A stretch of 64,000 nucleotides of DNA, from assembly GCA_023334545.1 (NCBI GenBank), contig JAADVB010000022.1, positions 1-64,000 on the forward strand. Direction: 5' to 3'. Under the pieces are notes generated by a model. The model was not told where the DNA came from, searched no databases, and worked only from the letters and a program-made list of their open reading frames with translations. Each line of letters opens with the position of its first letter. Within the stretch, counting starts at the first letter, position 1. The DNA is from Salisapilia sapeloensis CBS 127946 (lineage: Eukaryota > Protista > Oomycota). A program made the translations under genes and the position numbers. Shown piece after piece: positions 37,112-46,780 of this stretch.

Positions 37112-38149
37112 TTACACGTCTTCCGCAGCATCGCCATCCACCAAACGGTTCTCGTTCTCCAACTTCTCGATCATCTGGGCAAACTCCTTCTCGTCCGTCA
37201 CACTCACGACCTTGGGGGCCATCTTGACCTGCAACGTACCCTTCCGCTCTTCAATGTACGACCGCACTTGCTCCACGGCTTCCTGCAGTTTCTCAATACC
37301 CTTATTCTTGTCCAACGTGTTCGTCGTCATGACGTACATGGGCGGCGCAATAAGCTTCACCTTGATCGGAACGTCCTCCGTGCTCATGTCCTGAGCAGAA
37401 AGCAACGCGCCACGAATGGCGTCAATGCCTTCGTACGTGAAGCACGTGACTTCAATGTCAGCACGGACCTTAATTGGCTGCGGAGTCAGGCGTCGGGAGA
37501 TATGCGTGCGCAGTTGGTCACGCAGCTCGTCCGTGATATCGAGACCTTCAAAGACGGACTCGTCCGTGATGCCCATCTTGAACACGTCGTAGCAGTGGAA
37601 ATACTCGGTCTTTTTCTCATCGTCATTCTCCTTCTCGACCTTGAACTTCTTATACAAAGGCCACGCGATACGCTGGTACAAGTCCTCGATCTCACTACCA
37701 GTGTCCTGCGCAAGCTGTCGCAAGACGCCGTGAACCGTCTTGGCCTTGTTGTACCTTTCCTCGCACTTGGTGATGTCTTCAGGAGACACCCTGCGCTTGG
37801 ACAGATCGATGTATCCTTTTTCTTTGTCGACACGAAGTACCGTCACGACTTCGTTCTTACCGACTCGGATCAACTTATTGATCGACCGGATACGACGACG
37901 CGAGAGTTCCGACAAGAGGATCATACCTTCAATGTCATTGTACTCCAAAAGGGAGACGTACGCACCCATCTCTGCAATGCTGCGCACTTTGACCATGACG
38001 ATTTCATCCACTTCCGGGAACTTTTGCTCGTAAAATCGACTCTGGTACTTGAGCGCGTCGCCTTGCTCCGTCGGCTGGTCTTCCGGGGCGCCAAGAGCAG
38101 CATTCGCGGCTGCCGCAGCATTGCTCGCATTCGTTTCGGGGGTTGCCAT
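37112..38149 (-). CDS. EIF2S1: Eukaryotic translation initiation factor 2 alpha
   Basis: RFYEQKFPEVDEIVMVKV, LLEYNDIEGMILLSELSRRRIRSI (Ser51 site), GYIDLSKRRV and IKLIAPP. Confidence 0.97.
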   Translation of the reverse strand: MATPETNASNAAAAANAALGAPEDQPTEQGDALKYQSRFYEQKFPEVDEIVMVKVRSIAEMGAYVSLLEYNDIEGMILLSELSRRRIRSINKLIRVGKNEVVTVLRVDKEKGYIDLSKRRVSPEDITKCEERYNKAKTVHGVLRQLAQDTGSEIEDLYQRIAWPLYKKFKVEKENDDEKKTEYFHCYDVFKMGITDESVFEGLDITDELRDQLRTHISRRLTPQPIKVRADIEVTCFTYEGIDAIRGALLSAQDMSTEDVPIKVKLIAPPMYVMTTNTLDKNKGIEKLQEAVEQVRSYIEERKGTLQVKMAPKVVSVTDEKEFAQMIEKLENENRLVDGDAAEDV

Positions 38150-38378
38150 ACCTAAAAGAAGTGGAAGAGTAGACGTAGATCGGTTCTTCCCGTAGCTTTC
38201 GCTTTTGCTTGTCGTCCATCCAGGGTGCTGGACAGATGTTCCGATATACTAGCGATACATCTCTTTCCGATATACGACAATTAAGATCGAGTGGATGTAA
38301 AATTATGGATTGGCCACGCGCGAGGTACTTTTATCAGACGTGCTTTGAATCGGTATTTGGGACGGGCAGGAGATCGTC

Positions 38379-41300
38379 ATGTATGGATCGGTACCACTGC
38401 GGTCATTCATGACTCGACCTGCTCGAGTCGAGTCCGAGAATGAAGTTGAGCAATGGCAGGTGGTCAATACGACCATCCCGGTCGTTTGCAGTATCTTTGG
38501 TGTCATCATCTTTATGAGATTGGCATCGGTCGTCGGAGACGGAGGATTCCTCCCAGCGTTTGCAGTCATCTCCCTTGCCTTTATCATTACGCTTTTGACA
38601 GTTGGGTCTCTATCCGCCCTCGCTTCCGACAGTACGTACCTTCTTTGAACTCCTTTGGATCTCAAGTCTCATTGATATTATGATAGTCCCAGACAGCTCA
38701 GAAGAACGGGTCGATGGTCTATTCAATGCACTACGCTACTCGTTGGATGAGCAGATAGGTCAGATGATTGGTGGTATGCTCTGCGTGTCCTTTGGCGTAG
38801 GCATAGGCTACTATCTTCTCGGGTTTTCCGAGATTTCCATGTACTACTTTGGAGTGAGACTACCACACTCTGCAGCTTTACCTTGGAATCCTGATGGGTC
38901 ATGGAATACTGTTCTACTAGCTAGCATCCTCCTCGCTGCCTTGACCGTATCTTATGTGGCTGGTGTCAAGATATCGAGAACAGCACTTCGTTTCGTCTTC
39001 GTCATGGTCCTAATCGCCGTGTGCTCCAACCTGCTCCTTCTGCTCATTCCGAACCGCGTCACAAACACAGGCTTCGACATTGACGTCTTGCGCTCCAATA
39101 TGCTGCACGGTAGTGCAGAAAGCTATGTGAAAATGTTCTCCTCCTTCTTCCCAGCCTTTTGTGGCGTCATTGGCGGTGCCAACCTCGCGGAGAGTGTCAT
39201 GAAGCGGCCATCCTCATGGGCAATCACTACCTCTGGGGTAGTGCCAGACTCTGCTGCACAACTTGTTCTAGGCATTCATCATGGTCTGCTCTTCTCCTTC
39301 TTGGTGTATGTACTACTTGGCTTTGTCCTAGCTTCCTGCGTCAACCAGGAGGCACTGTCATCGAATAATTTTATCGTTGAAAAGATCGTAGACTCGATAA
39401 TTGGCGTGCCAGTCATATATTTTGGTATCGCGTGCACGACCCTCTCGTCTGCCCTATCGAACATCATGGGTGTCGCTAGCGTTCTTATGGCTCTCTTCTC
39501 TCCAAAGACCGTCCGTCCCGCGCCTTCCTTCTCTACTCCTCAGGATATCAACTCCATGAGCAACAACATTCTCTCTACTAGCAGCGTGTCAGAAGAAACG
39601 GACGGTTCGAGGTCGTCCAAGTCTGTCCTCTTTTGGACGTGGGCAATGGGACAGGCAGCCGTGTTAAGTGGCACCGTCGACGCAATCATCCCGATCGTCA
39701 GCGCCACCTTCCTTCTTACGTTTTTCGTCCTAAACTTTGCCTGCTTCTTCCAGGAGATCGCATCACCTAGCTTCAATCCTTTCTTCAAGCTCTACAGCAA
39801 GTATACCGCTCTCTTGGGTTGTATTCTCTCTCTTGGTGCCTTCTTTCTCATCGTCCAAGCTGTCTTCGTCGCACTTGCAGGCTTCTTCTTACTAGGCTTT
39901 GTCGTCTACCATCGCCATAACATTCACAGCATGTTGGAGCAGCTACGTGTTGTAGGTAGTGTCCGACAGCCTAGCAGAGGACGTTCCCGACGTTGCAATC
40001 TCACGAATGAAGAGATGATTTTATCTCCTCTAGGTTTCTCAACACTCGTCTCTCCTCGTGCCGAGGACAGTGATGAAGAAGTCGAGGTCGCGAATAAGAC
40101 TCGATTGAAATGGGCTGCTGTATACGTTCGCGACGCCATCCACGGTCGTTTCCTTGGAAAACAGTATCTTCTGGAAGGACTGCACAAGACAGAGTTTAAA
40201 CGTGCTTACCATGGCCTCCGCTTCGTCCGCACAGCCAACCTTTCCGTTCTTTTCCTCTTAACGTTTTTCGAAACGCCGTCTTGGTGCTACTTCTTGCCTT
40301 CTTGTGGTTCTCCAGAAAAGGTTTTGACGTGGAATCTGCCGATGCTAGCGCCAAGCACATCGACATTGATTGAGCTCATCTGCTTGACGCTTCTTGCAGT
40401 TGAGATGGGCATGAAGTACACGTACATGGGTTATCGACTGTACTTTGTCAACAAATGGCACTCGTTGCAGATGCTTGTGATCTTTGCAGACTTCATCGCG
40501 GTAGTGGTTGCGACAACCGTTCCAGTCCAAACTGAAGAGTCTGTACATAAAGGTAATGCTTCGCCTCCGATGGTCTTGGCTCCATTGATCCGTCCGCTCA
40601 TTCTACTGTCGATGAGTCATCGTCTTCGATCCGGTTTCTCTAGTCTACTCCGTGCTATGCCGAGGTTTACGGACGGCTTACTCACTTTGGGTGCGCTCAT
40701 TGCCTTGTACGCCGTCTGTGGCATGGTATTGTTTGAAGGCACGGAGGAAGGGAAGCTGTACTTTTCTAATTTCGAGGATGCGTGTTTAAACCTGTTAATC
40801 TTGATGACGACTGCCAACTTCCCAGACGTGATGCTCCCGATCTACAACGAGTGGCGATCTGCAAGCATCTTCTTTGTGAGCTTCCTCGCGATTGCTCTGT
40901 TCTTAGTGATGAATCTCGTCTTTGCGTCGGTGTACCAGAGTTATCGCCAAGAGATCCGTCAACGAGCACTCGAGTACTCGAACAATCGATACCAGTCGTT
41001 GGAAGTGGCGTTTAAACTGCTTCCAGAGAAGAACATATCGGATAGTGAAGAGGACGATGCACAGAATCAAGAAAAGGTGATCTCGAAAGCGACATATGAA
41101 AAACTCTTGTCAGAACTTATGCGGCCAACCTTTTCTATCTTCACTGCTCCATCAAAAAGGAAGAACACACGATCGAGTCGTCGACAGAACTTTTCTGTCC
41201 TCGGTCATGACGACGATGAAGAAAGTCAGTCGATTAGCTTTGTTCAATTCGTATCTATGATTCGTTCCTTCGCGTCTCGACAGCAAGCTCGTTCACGTCG

Positions 41301-42381
41301 AAAGCGAAAGATGAAACCTTCGAAAGAGAATCCACATCGAGTAGTCAATGCGATCAAAGCATTTCTAGAAGGAGGCCGCTTTGAGCATGTGATCGACGGT
41401 ATTATCCTAGGCAATCTTGTAGCCATCTTGTTTGAGGTGCAGGCCAAGATTGATGACAATGCTACTGGCGGCGACAGTTTTGTGTCTTGGGAAAGGTACA
41501 TGCCGATTTTTACTGCATTTTACCTCGTCGAAATGCTTTTAAAGATGTATGTCCGAGGAGTTGGCCGGTATTTTGATCGGCCGAAGAATGTTTATGACTG
41601 TGTCGTCACCCTTGTAATCACTGTGGCTGAAATCAGTGTGCATGCACATTACTCGAGTGCAGCGGAATGGACGTGGGCGAGAGCTCTTCTACTCTTGCGT
41701 TTCCTCCGTTGTCTTCGATTGCTAGTGGCGCTGCATTCGCTTAACTCCATGTTCGCCATCGTCGTACGTCTGTTACCAGCCTTTACGACCCTGTACGGCA
41801 TGCTCGGTATCATCGTGACCATGTACGCGGTGGTGGGCATCCAGCTCTTTGGCGGAAAGTTGACGAAAGGTGATCCGACGTTGGAAGCACTTTCGTATGG
41901 CCAGAACAATTATTACAGCATCAATTTTAACGACTTTGCGTCTGCTTTGACGACGCTCTTTTCCTTGCTGGTCGTCAATAACTGGTTTTTACCCATGCAT
42001 GCCGCTGTGGCCGTCACGAACCGCTGGAATCGACTGTATTTTGTCAGCTTTTACATTGTCGGCGTCGTCATGGTATTGAATTTGGTGGTAGCGTTTGTCG
42101 TGGAAGCGTACTTTGAAGAGGTTTCTGCAGTTGAATCAAGTGCGAGGAAGCGAATGCAGAGCTCGGAGAGCAATGGTAACTTGGCGGGGATGAGTAATCA
42201 AAAGGAAGAGGACGAACCAGCAACTCCGAAGAAACGAAGACGCAAGTCTTTCACGGCCATGTCCATGAACGAAGACAATGATGAGGATGAGACGCAACAG
42301 GCGCAACATATACTTCGAAAGCGGTCGTCGATGGCTATGCGACCTCGAGGTGATAGCATCTACATTGAAGACTACTTGTAG
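38379..42381 (+). CDS. Fusion protein: SLC12/APC-like transporter core followed by a two-pore channel (TPC); intron 38632-38686
   Basis: N-half: PVVCSIFGVIIFMRLASVVG, YYLLGFSE, FFPAFCGVIGGAN, TTLSSAL, NFACF and PSFNPFFKLY. C-half: AAVYVRDAIHGR, TFFETPSW, pore 1 LMTTANFPDVMLP, S4 RFLRCLRLL and pore 2 FSLLVVNNW...VLNLVVAFVVEAY. No stop codon between the halves. Confidence 0.85.
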
Positions 42382-42656
42382 CTAGACGCCTATGATTAGG
42401 GCATGCCACGATTTCGTTTCTCGGCATCGAGATTGATGCAAAAATCGAAGCTCCCAGCCAACCATTGAGTCAAAACGCATCGACAGATCCGTCCTGCTAA
42501 AAAAGTACCTGTGCATGCATACTGAAAGCTTAAAGAAATAGATCTTCAAATTGTGGAACTGTATGACTTAAACATTCGCCGACCGGAACTGCTTGCGAGA
42601 TCGGAAGTTGTTCATTCCTCTTCTTGCCTGATTCAACTAAAGGCGACTCTGGAACA

Positions 42657-44867
42657 ATGGGTCTGCTAGTGGAAGGGCGTCCGATGGACTGGGACGAATC
42701 GCTCGACTGGTTGCAGTACGTGCGAGAGCACGGGATTGACCAGTTCCTGCACGTCTACCAGCGCGTCAAAGGTATTTCTGGCGATGTCCTCAAATGGGGC
42801 GATGAACTCGAATACGGCATCTTTCAAATGGACAAGAGTACGCGTACACCAAAGCTATCATTGCGTGGTGCTGAACTAATGCACCAACTCAATGACCTCG
42901 AGCGTCAGAACGGTGCGCATGAAGGCGATGGATGTAATTGGGTGCCAGAGTACGGCTCGTGGATGATCGAAAGCACGCCGAGTGCTCCGTACGGTGGTTT
43001 CACGAGCGATTTGCACAAGGTGGAGCCCAATATGCGTCTTCGTCGAGCTCGATTACTCGAATTATTGCGTGATGATGAGATTGCACCGTCCGTTACGGCG
43101 TTCCCAATGATGGGTGTTGGCCAGCACACGACACCTCCATCCAAGCCGAATGGGCCGGTGGCCACATCAGACTACATTGGTGATGAAATCATCAATCCAC
43201 ACCCGCGTTTCGCAGCCTTGACACGAAACATTCGTAAGCGTCGAGGACGCAAGGTGGACATTCGAGTCCCGCTGTTCCAAGATGTGTACACTAGCCAAAT
43301 GCTAGCGGAAGAAAAGTGGGTCGCAGAACATACGCGACCACAATATGAAAGTAAGACAACGAAAAGCCCAACTGCCAAGGATGAGTCGCCTACGAACGGA
43401 AACCCTAGCAATGGTCACAAGCATCACGGCATGTGTCACGCAGTCGAACAAGCAGAGCCGCATCCAGGATACATCCACATGGATGCCATGGCTTTCGGCA
43501 TGGGCATGTGCTGTCTACAAGTGACGTTCCAGGCAAAGGATTTGGGCGAGTCGAGGCATTTATACGACCATTTGGCAGTCTTGTCTCCTATCATGCTGGC
43601 GTTGACGGCTGCAACGCCAGTGCTTAAGGGCCGACTGGCAGACACGGACGTTCGATGGGCGACGATCTCTGCTGGTGTCGATGACCGTACGCCCCAGGAG
43701 CTCGGTGAAGCTTCTCCACCTGAAGACGAAGAGACGAAAGCAAAGTACGCCAAGATGGCTGGTAACGGCGTCAAGCGTTTACCAAAGTCTCGATACGAAG
43801 GTATCTCGACGTACATTTGCAACCATAAAGCAGGTGAAGACCCACACACGTCGACGGACAATTACAATGACGTCGAAGTGCCGTATGATGAAAAGTCGTA
43901 CGAGAAGTTGATCGCCAACGGCGTTGACCGTCTACTCGCATTGCACGTCTCGCACTTGTTTATTCGCGACCCGCTCGTTATCTATGAACAACGCATCAAA
44001 CTAGACGACGAACTTGCCACAGACCACTTTGAGAACATCCAATCGACCAACTGGCAGACGGTCCGTTGGAAACCGCCACCGCCGCCTTCGAGCGATGACG
44101 ACTCGCACGTTGGATGGCGAACCGAGTTCCGATCGATGGAGATCCAGCTCACAGACTTTGAGAATGCTGCTTTCACGGTCTTTGTGGCACTCGTCTCGCG
44201 CGTCATCCTGACGTTCGACTTGAACTTGTACATCCCCTTGTCTCGCGTGAATGAGAACATGGAGGCGGCGCATCGAGTCAATGCTGTGCTGGACGAAAAG
44301 TTTGCTTTCCGTAGCCACTTGGCACCTCCAGAAGCTGATGACTGCATTTCCGGCTCATCTCACTGTGAAGTGCATGAGAATGAAGATCGATTCGAGATGA
44401 TGACGATCGCTGAGATCATGCTTGGCAAGCACTCGTACTTCCCAGGCCTCATTCCTCTTGTCTACGCGTACCTCGACTCGATTAACTGCGACCAGAACAC
44501 GCGTGAGCTCGTGGACAAATACCTGAGCTTCATCGCCAAGCGTGCAACGGGTGAGCTCCCGACTGCCGCGACATGGATGCGACGCTTCATCCGCGCGCAT
44601 CCGGACTATGCCCACGACTCGGTCGTCACGAACGACATTGCGTTTGATCTGCTGCAAGAATGTCAGGCCATTGGTGACGGATCGAAGCAGAACCACGAGT
44701 TGCTTGGTGAGTTCCAGATCGAACCTGTGCGTGGTCGCGTCGCGTACCAAGTACCGTTGAAGAGCGAAGGCGTGGCGACGAGTCAACGTCAAAAACTCTT
44801 GCGTCGCTACATGAACCGAGACACGAACAAGCAGTCTGGCGCGTGCAAGGAATGTGCGCCTGAATAA
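42657..44867 (+). CDS. GCLC: Glutamate-cysteine ligase catalytic subunit (eukaryotic/group 2 type)
   Basis: MGLLVEG, LKWGDELEY, PEYGSWMIESTP, MDAMAFGMGMCCLQVTFQ, HFENIQSTNWQTVRWKPP, GWRTEFR and TDFENAA. Confidence 0.96.
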   Translation: MGLLVEGRPMDWDESLDWLQYVREHGIDQFLHVYQRVKGISGDVLKWGDELEYGIFQMDKSTRTPKLSLRGAELMHQLNDLERQNGAHEGDGCNWVPEYGSWMIESTPSAPYGGFTSDLHKVEPNMRLRRARLLELLRDDEIAPSVTAFPMMGVGQHTTPPSKPNGPVATSDYIGDEIINPHPRFAALTRNIRKRRGRKVDIRVPLFQDVYTSQMLAEEKWVAEHTRPQYESKTTKSPTAKDESPTNGNPSNGHKHHGMCHAVEQAEPHPGYIHMDAMAFGMGMCCLQVTFQAKDLGESRHLYDHLAVLSPIMLALTAATPVLKGRLADTDVRWATISAGVDDRTPQELGEASPPEDEETKAKYAKMAGNGVKRLPKSRYEGISTYICNHKAGEDPHTSTDNYNDVEVPYDEKSYEKLIANGVDRLLALHVSHLFIRDPLVIYEQRIKLDDELATDHFENIQSTNWQTVRWKPPPPPSSDDDSHVGWRTEFRSMEIQLTDFENAAFTVFVALVSRVILTFDLNLYIPLSRVNENMEAAHRVNAVLDEKFAFRSHLAPPEADDCISGSSHCEVHENEDRFEMMTIAEIMLGKHSYFPGLIPLVYAYLDSINCDQNTRELVDKYLSFIAKRATGELPTAATWMRRFIRAHPDYAHDSVVTNDIAFDLLQECQAIGDGSKQNHELLGEFQIEPVRGRVAYQVPLKSEGVATSQRQKLLRRYMNRDTNKQSGACKECAPE

Positions 44868-44911
44868 ACGAAATGAAACCAAAGCTTTTATCTTCTACAC
44901 CATAGTCATGT

Positions 44912-46471
44912 TTAACGCCGATAGCGCATGCGTTTGAAGTCAAAGTGGAGCTGCAAGATGCCTCGTTCAAAGACACAGCGAAAGCCTCGCTTGTGCGACC
45001 GCTCCCACTCTTGATTCACGATCTGGAACGCAATGTCCTGGTAGGGTGGACCGGCACTAAAGCGTAGGATGCAAAAGTCGTCTGAGTGGGCTTTCTGCAG
45101 GTAGAACTGCGGCGCTTGGGACTTGTCCAAGAGGTCTGGATAGAACAAATTGAACTTGTAGCCTTGCACGACCTTGGGTGGAGGGTTGTCCTGGTCGTAA
45201 TGCGTCTGATTGTACTTGTTCCAGTCATACCCGGTCTTGACACGATTAAAGTAGCGAGGTTTACGAGGCTGGAGCTTGTCAGTCCACGTGACGTCCGTCT
45301 TAACAGTCACTTCTTCTGCCGCGCCAAAGCGTTCTTCCGACTCGTCCATGCCTTTCTCCATCTCCATCTGCTCCATCTCCTTTGCAGCAGAGCTGTCGTC
45401 TCGACCGACTTCTGCTTTTGCGGCAGGAGCCTTTCGAGGAAGTGGCTTGGACGGCTGAGTTCGATCTAAAATAGGCGCCAGGGCATGCAGGAACTGCTTG
45501 TGCAGGTCTTCGAGACGAAGTCGAGCGAGGTAGACCTTAATTTCCTGCTGCACGGCTTCCCAGAACTCAATGTCAATCCCTCGTTCGCCATCCTCTGCTC
45601 TCTTCATCGTATCATCGACTTCATCACGCAACGTCCGGAGCTCTGACACGGATTTTCCACGCAGCATGTCCGTGATACTATCGTTCACAGCATCATGGAT
45701 CGCGCCCCTCTCCTTCCCATCATCTCGTCCTTCTTTCTGAGCCTTTCGAAGCTTGTGAATACGGTCCTTTAAGATGACGTGGACGAGCTTCCAGTACTCT
45801 GCGTGTCCTCCATGCTCGTCCGGACCGAGTTCTTTAAACTCTGGTAAGTGGTCTTCATCTAGTTCCTTTAATTCTTCCAATGACAAGACTTGAAGCACAC
45901 TCATAGGTGACCTCTTTTCTACCGTCGCTCCTTCCATTTTAATCAGTTCATCCTCTTCCTTCCGACTGCCTTGTCGAATCTCATGCTTCTGTGCGATGAT
46001 CAATAACAAGTTCTTTGCTAATAGATCAATCGGTTGTTCCCTCCGATCTCGAATACGCAGTCTAGATCGCACAGCAACTTGTTCTCGACGGAACTGGTCT
46101 TCCTTTTGCTGCCAGTCTTGATACTGCTCCGCGTCTTTTAACCGAAGCTCTTCAGCACGAAGACGTTCCATCTCCTCTTGCTCCGCTTCACGCTGTTCGC
46201 GTCGTTTGCGAGCACGACGGATCTCTTCCACTCGATCTTCCCGTTCTTGCTTCAGTTCCTTGGCAGATGGAGCTTTCTTATCGCGTGAAGCATACTTCTT
46301 CGACCAGACAAAAGGTTGGCTCAGATTCGAGTCTCCGAAAGGATTCGACTCGTTCGTATACCCAAATGAAGCCAGCATCTTCTCTGCTTTCTTCCGTTCC
46401 TTTCGCTGGCGCCGTTCGTCTTCATCCTCAGAAGAACGACGGTGCTTGCGCTTCTTCTTCTCCTTGCCCAT
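44912..46471 (-). CDS. CACTIN: Cactin (spliceosome-associated)
   Basis: GYTNESNPFGDSNL.QPFVWSKK, KPRYFNRVKTGYDWNKYNQTHYDQDNPPPKVVQGYKFNLFYPDL and LHFDFKRMRYRR. Confidence 0.96.
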   Translation of the reverse strand: MGKEKKKRKHRRSSEDEDERRQRKERKKAEKMLASFGYTNESNPFGDSNLSQPFVWSKKYASRDKKAPSAKELKQEREDRVEEIRRARKRREQREAEQEEMERLRAEELRLKDAEQYQDWQQKEDQFRREQVAVRSRLRIRDRREQPIDLLAKNLLLIIAQKHEIRQGSRKEEDELIKMEGATVEKRSPMSVLQVLSLEELKELDEDHLPEFKELGPDEHGGHAEYWKLVHVILKDRIHKLRKAQKEGRDDGKERGAIHDAVNDSITDMLRGKSVSELRTLRDEVDDTMKRAEDGERGIDIEFWEAVQQEIKVYLARLRLEDLHKQFLHALAPILDRTQPSKPLPRKAPAAKAEVGRDDSSAAKEMEQMEMEKGMDESEERFGAAEEVTVKTDVTWTDKLQPRKPRYFNRVKTGYDWNKYNQTHYDQDNPPPKVVQGYKFNLFYPDLLDKSQAPQFYLQKAHSDDFCILRFSAGPPYQDIAFQIVNQEWERSHKRGFRCVFERGILQLHFDFKRMRYRR

Positions 46472-46780
46472 TCGACTCGCTGTTGTGTGATATGTTTCAG
46501 AGCTTTAGGTGGCATCTTTTCCACACAAAACACCACGTTTATATTAAAGGTAACATTTGATGGCTGTTCCGGAATATTCTAGATATCAAAGACTTCTATG
46601 TGCTTGCTTCTCGTCTATCCGTAGTGTCTTCTTGATAGGCATGGAAGTTAAGACAAGTTGATACATGCAAATGGAGAAAATTCTCATTTGAAATGTTACC
46701 TCTACCTACTTATGTTGTTTTCTTTCTTCTGTTGCCTACATGCAAAAAATGAACAAGAATCCAAACGAGGTCGATCCAGC

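Noticed and set aside
37085-38155. 356-aa + strand ORF
   Set aside because: Antisense shadow of eIF2-alpha.
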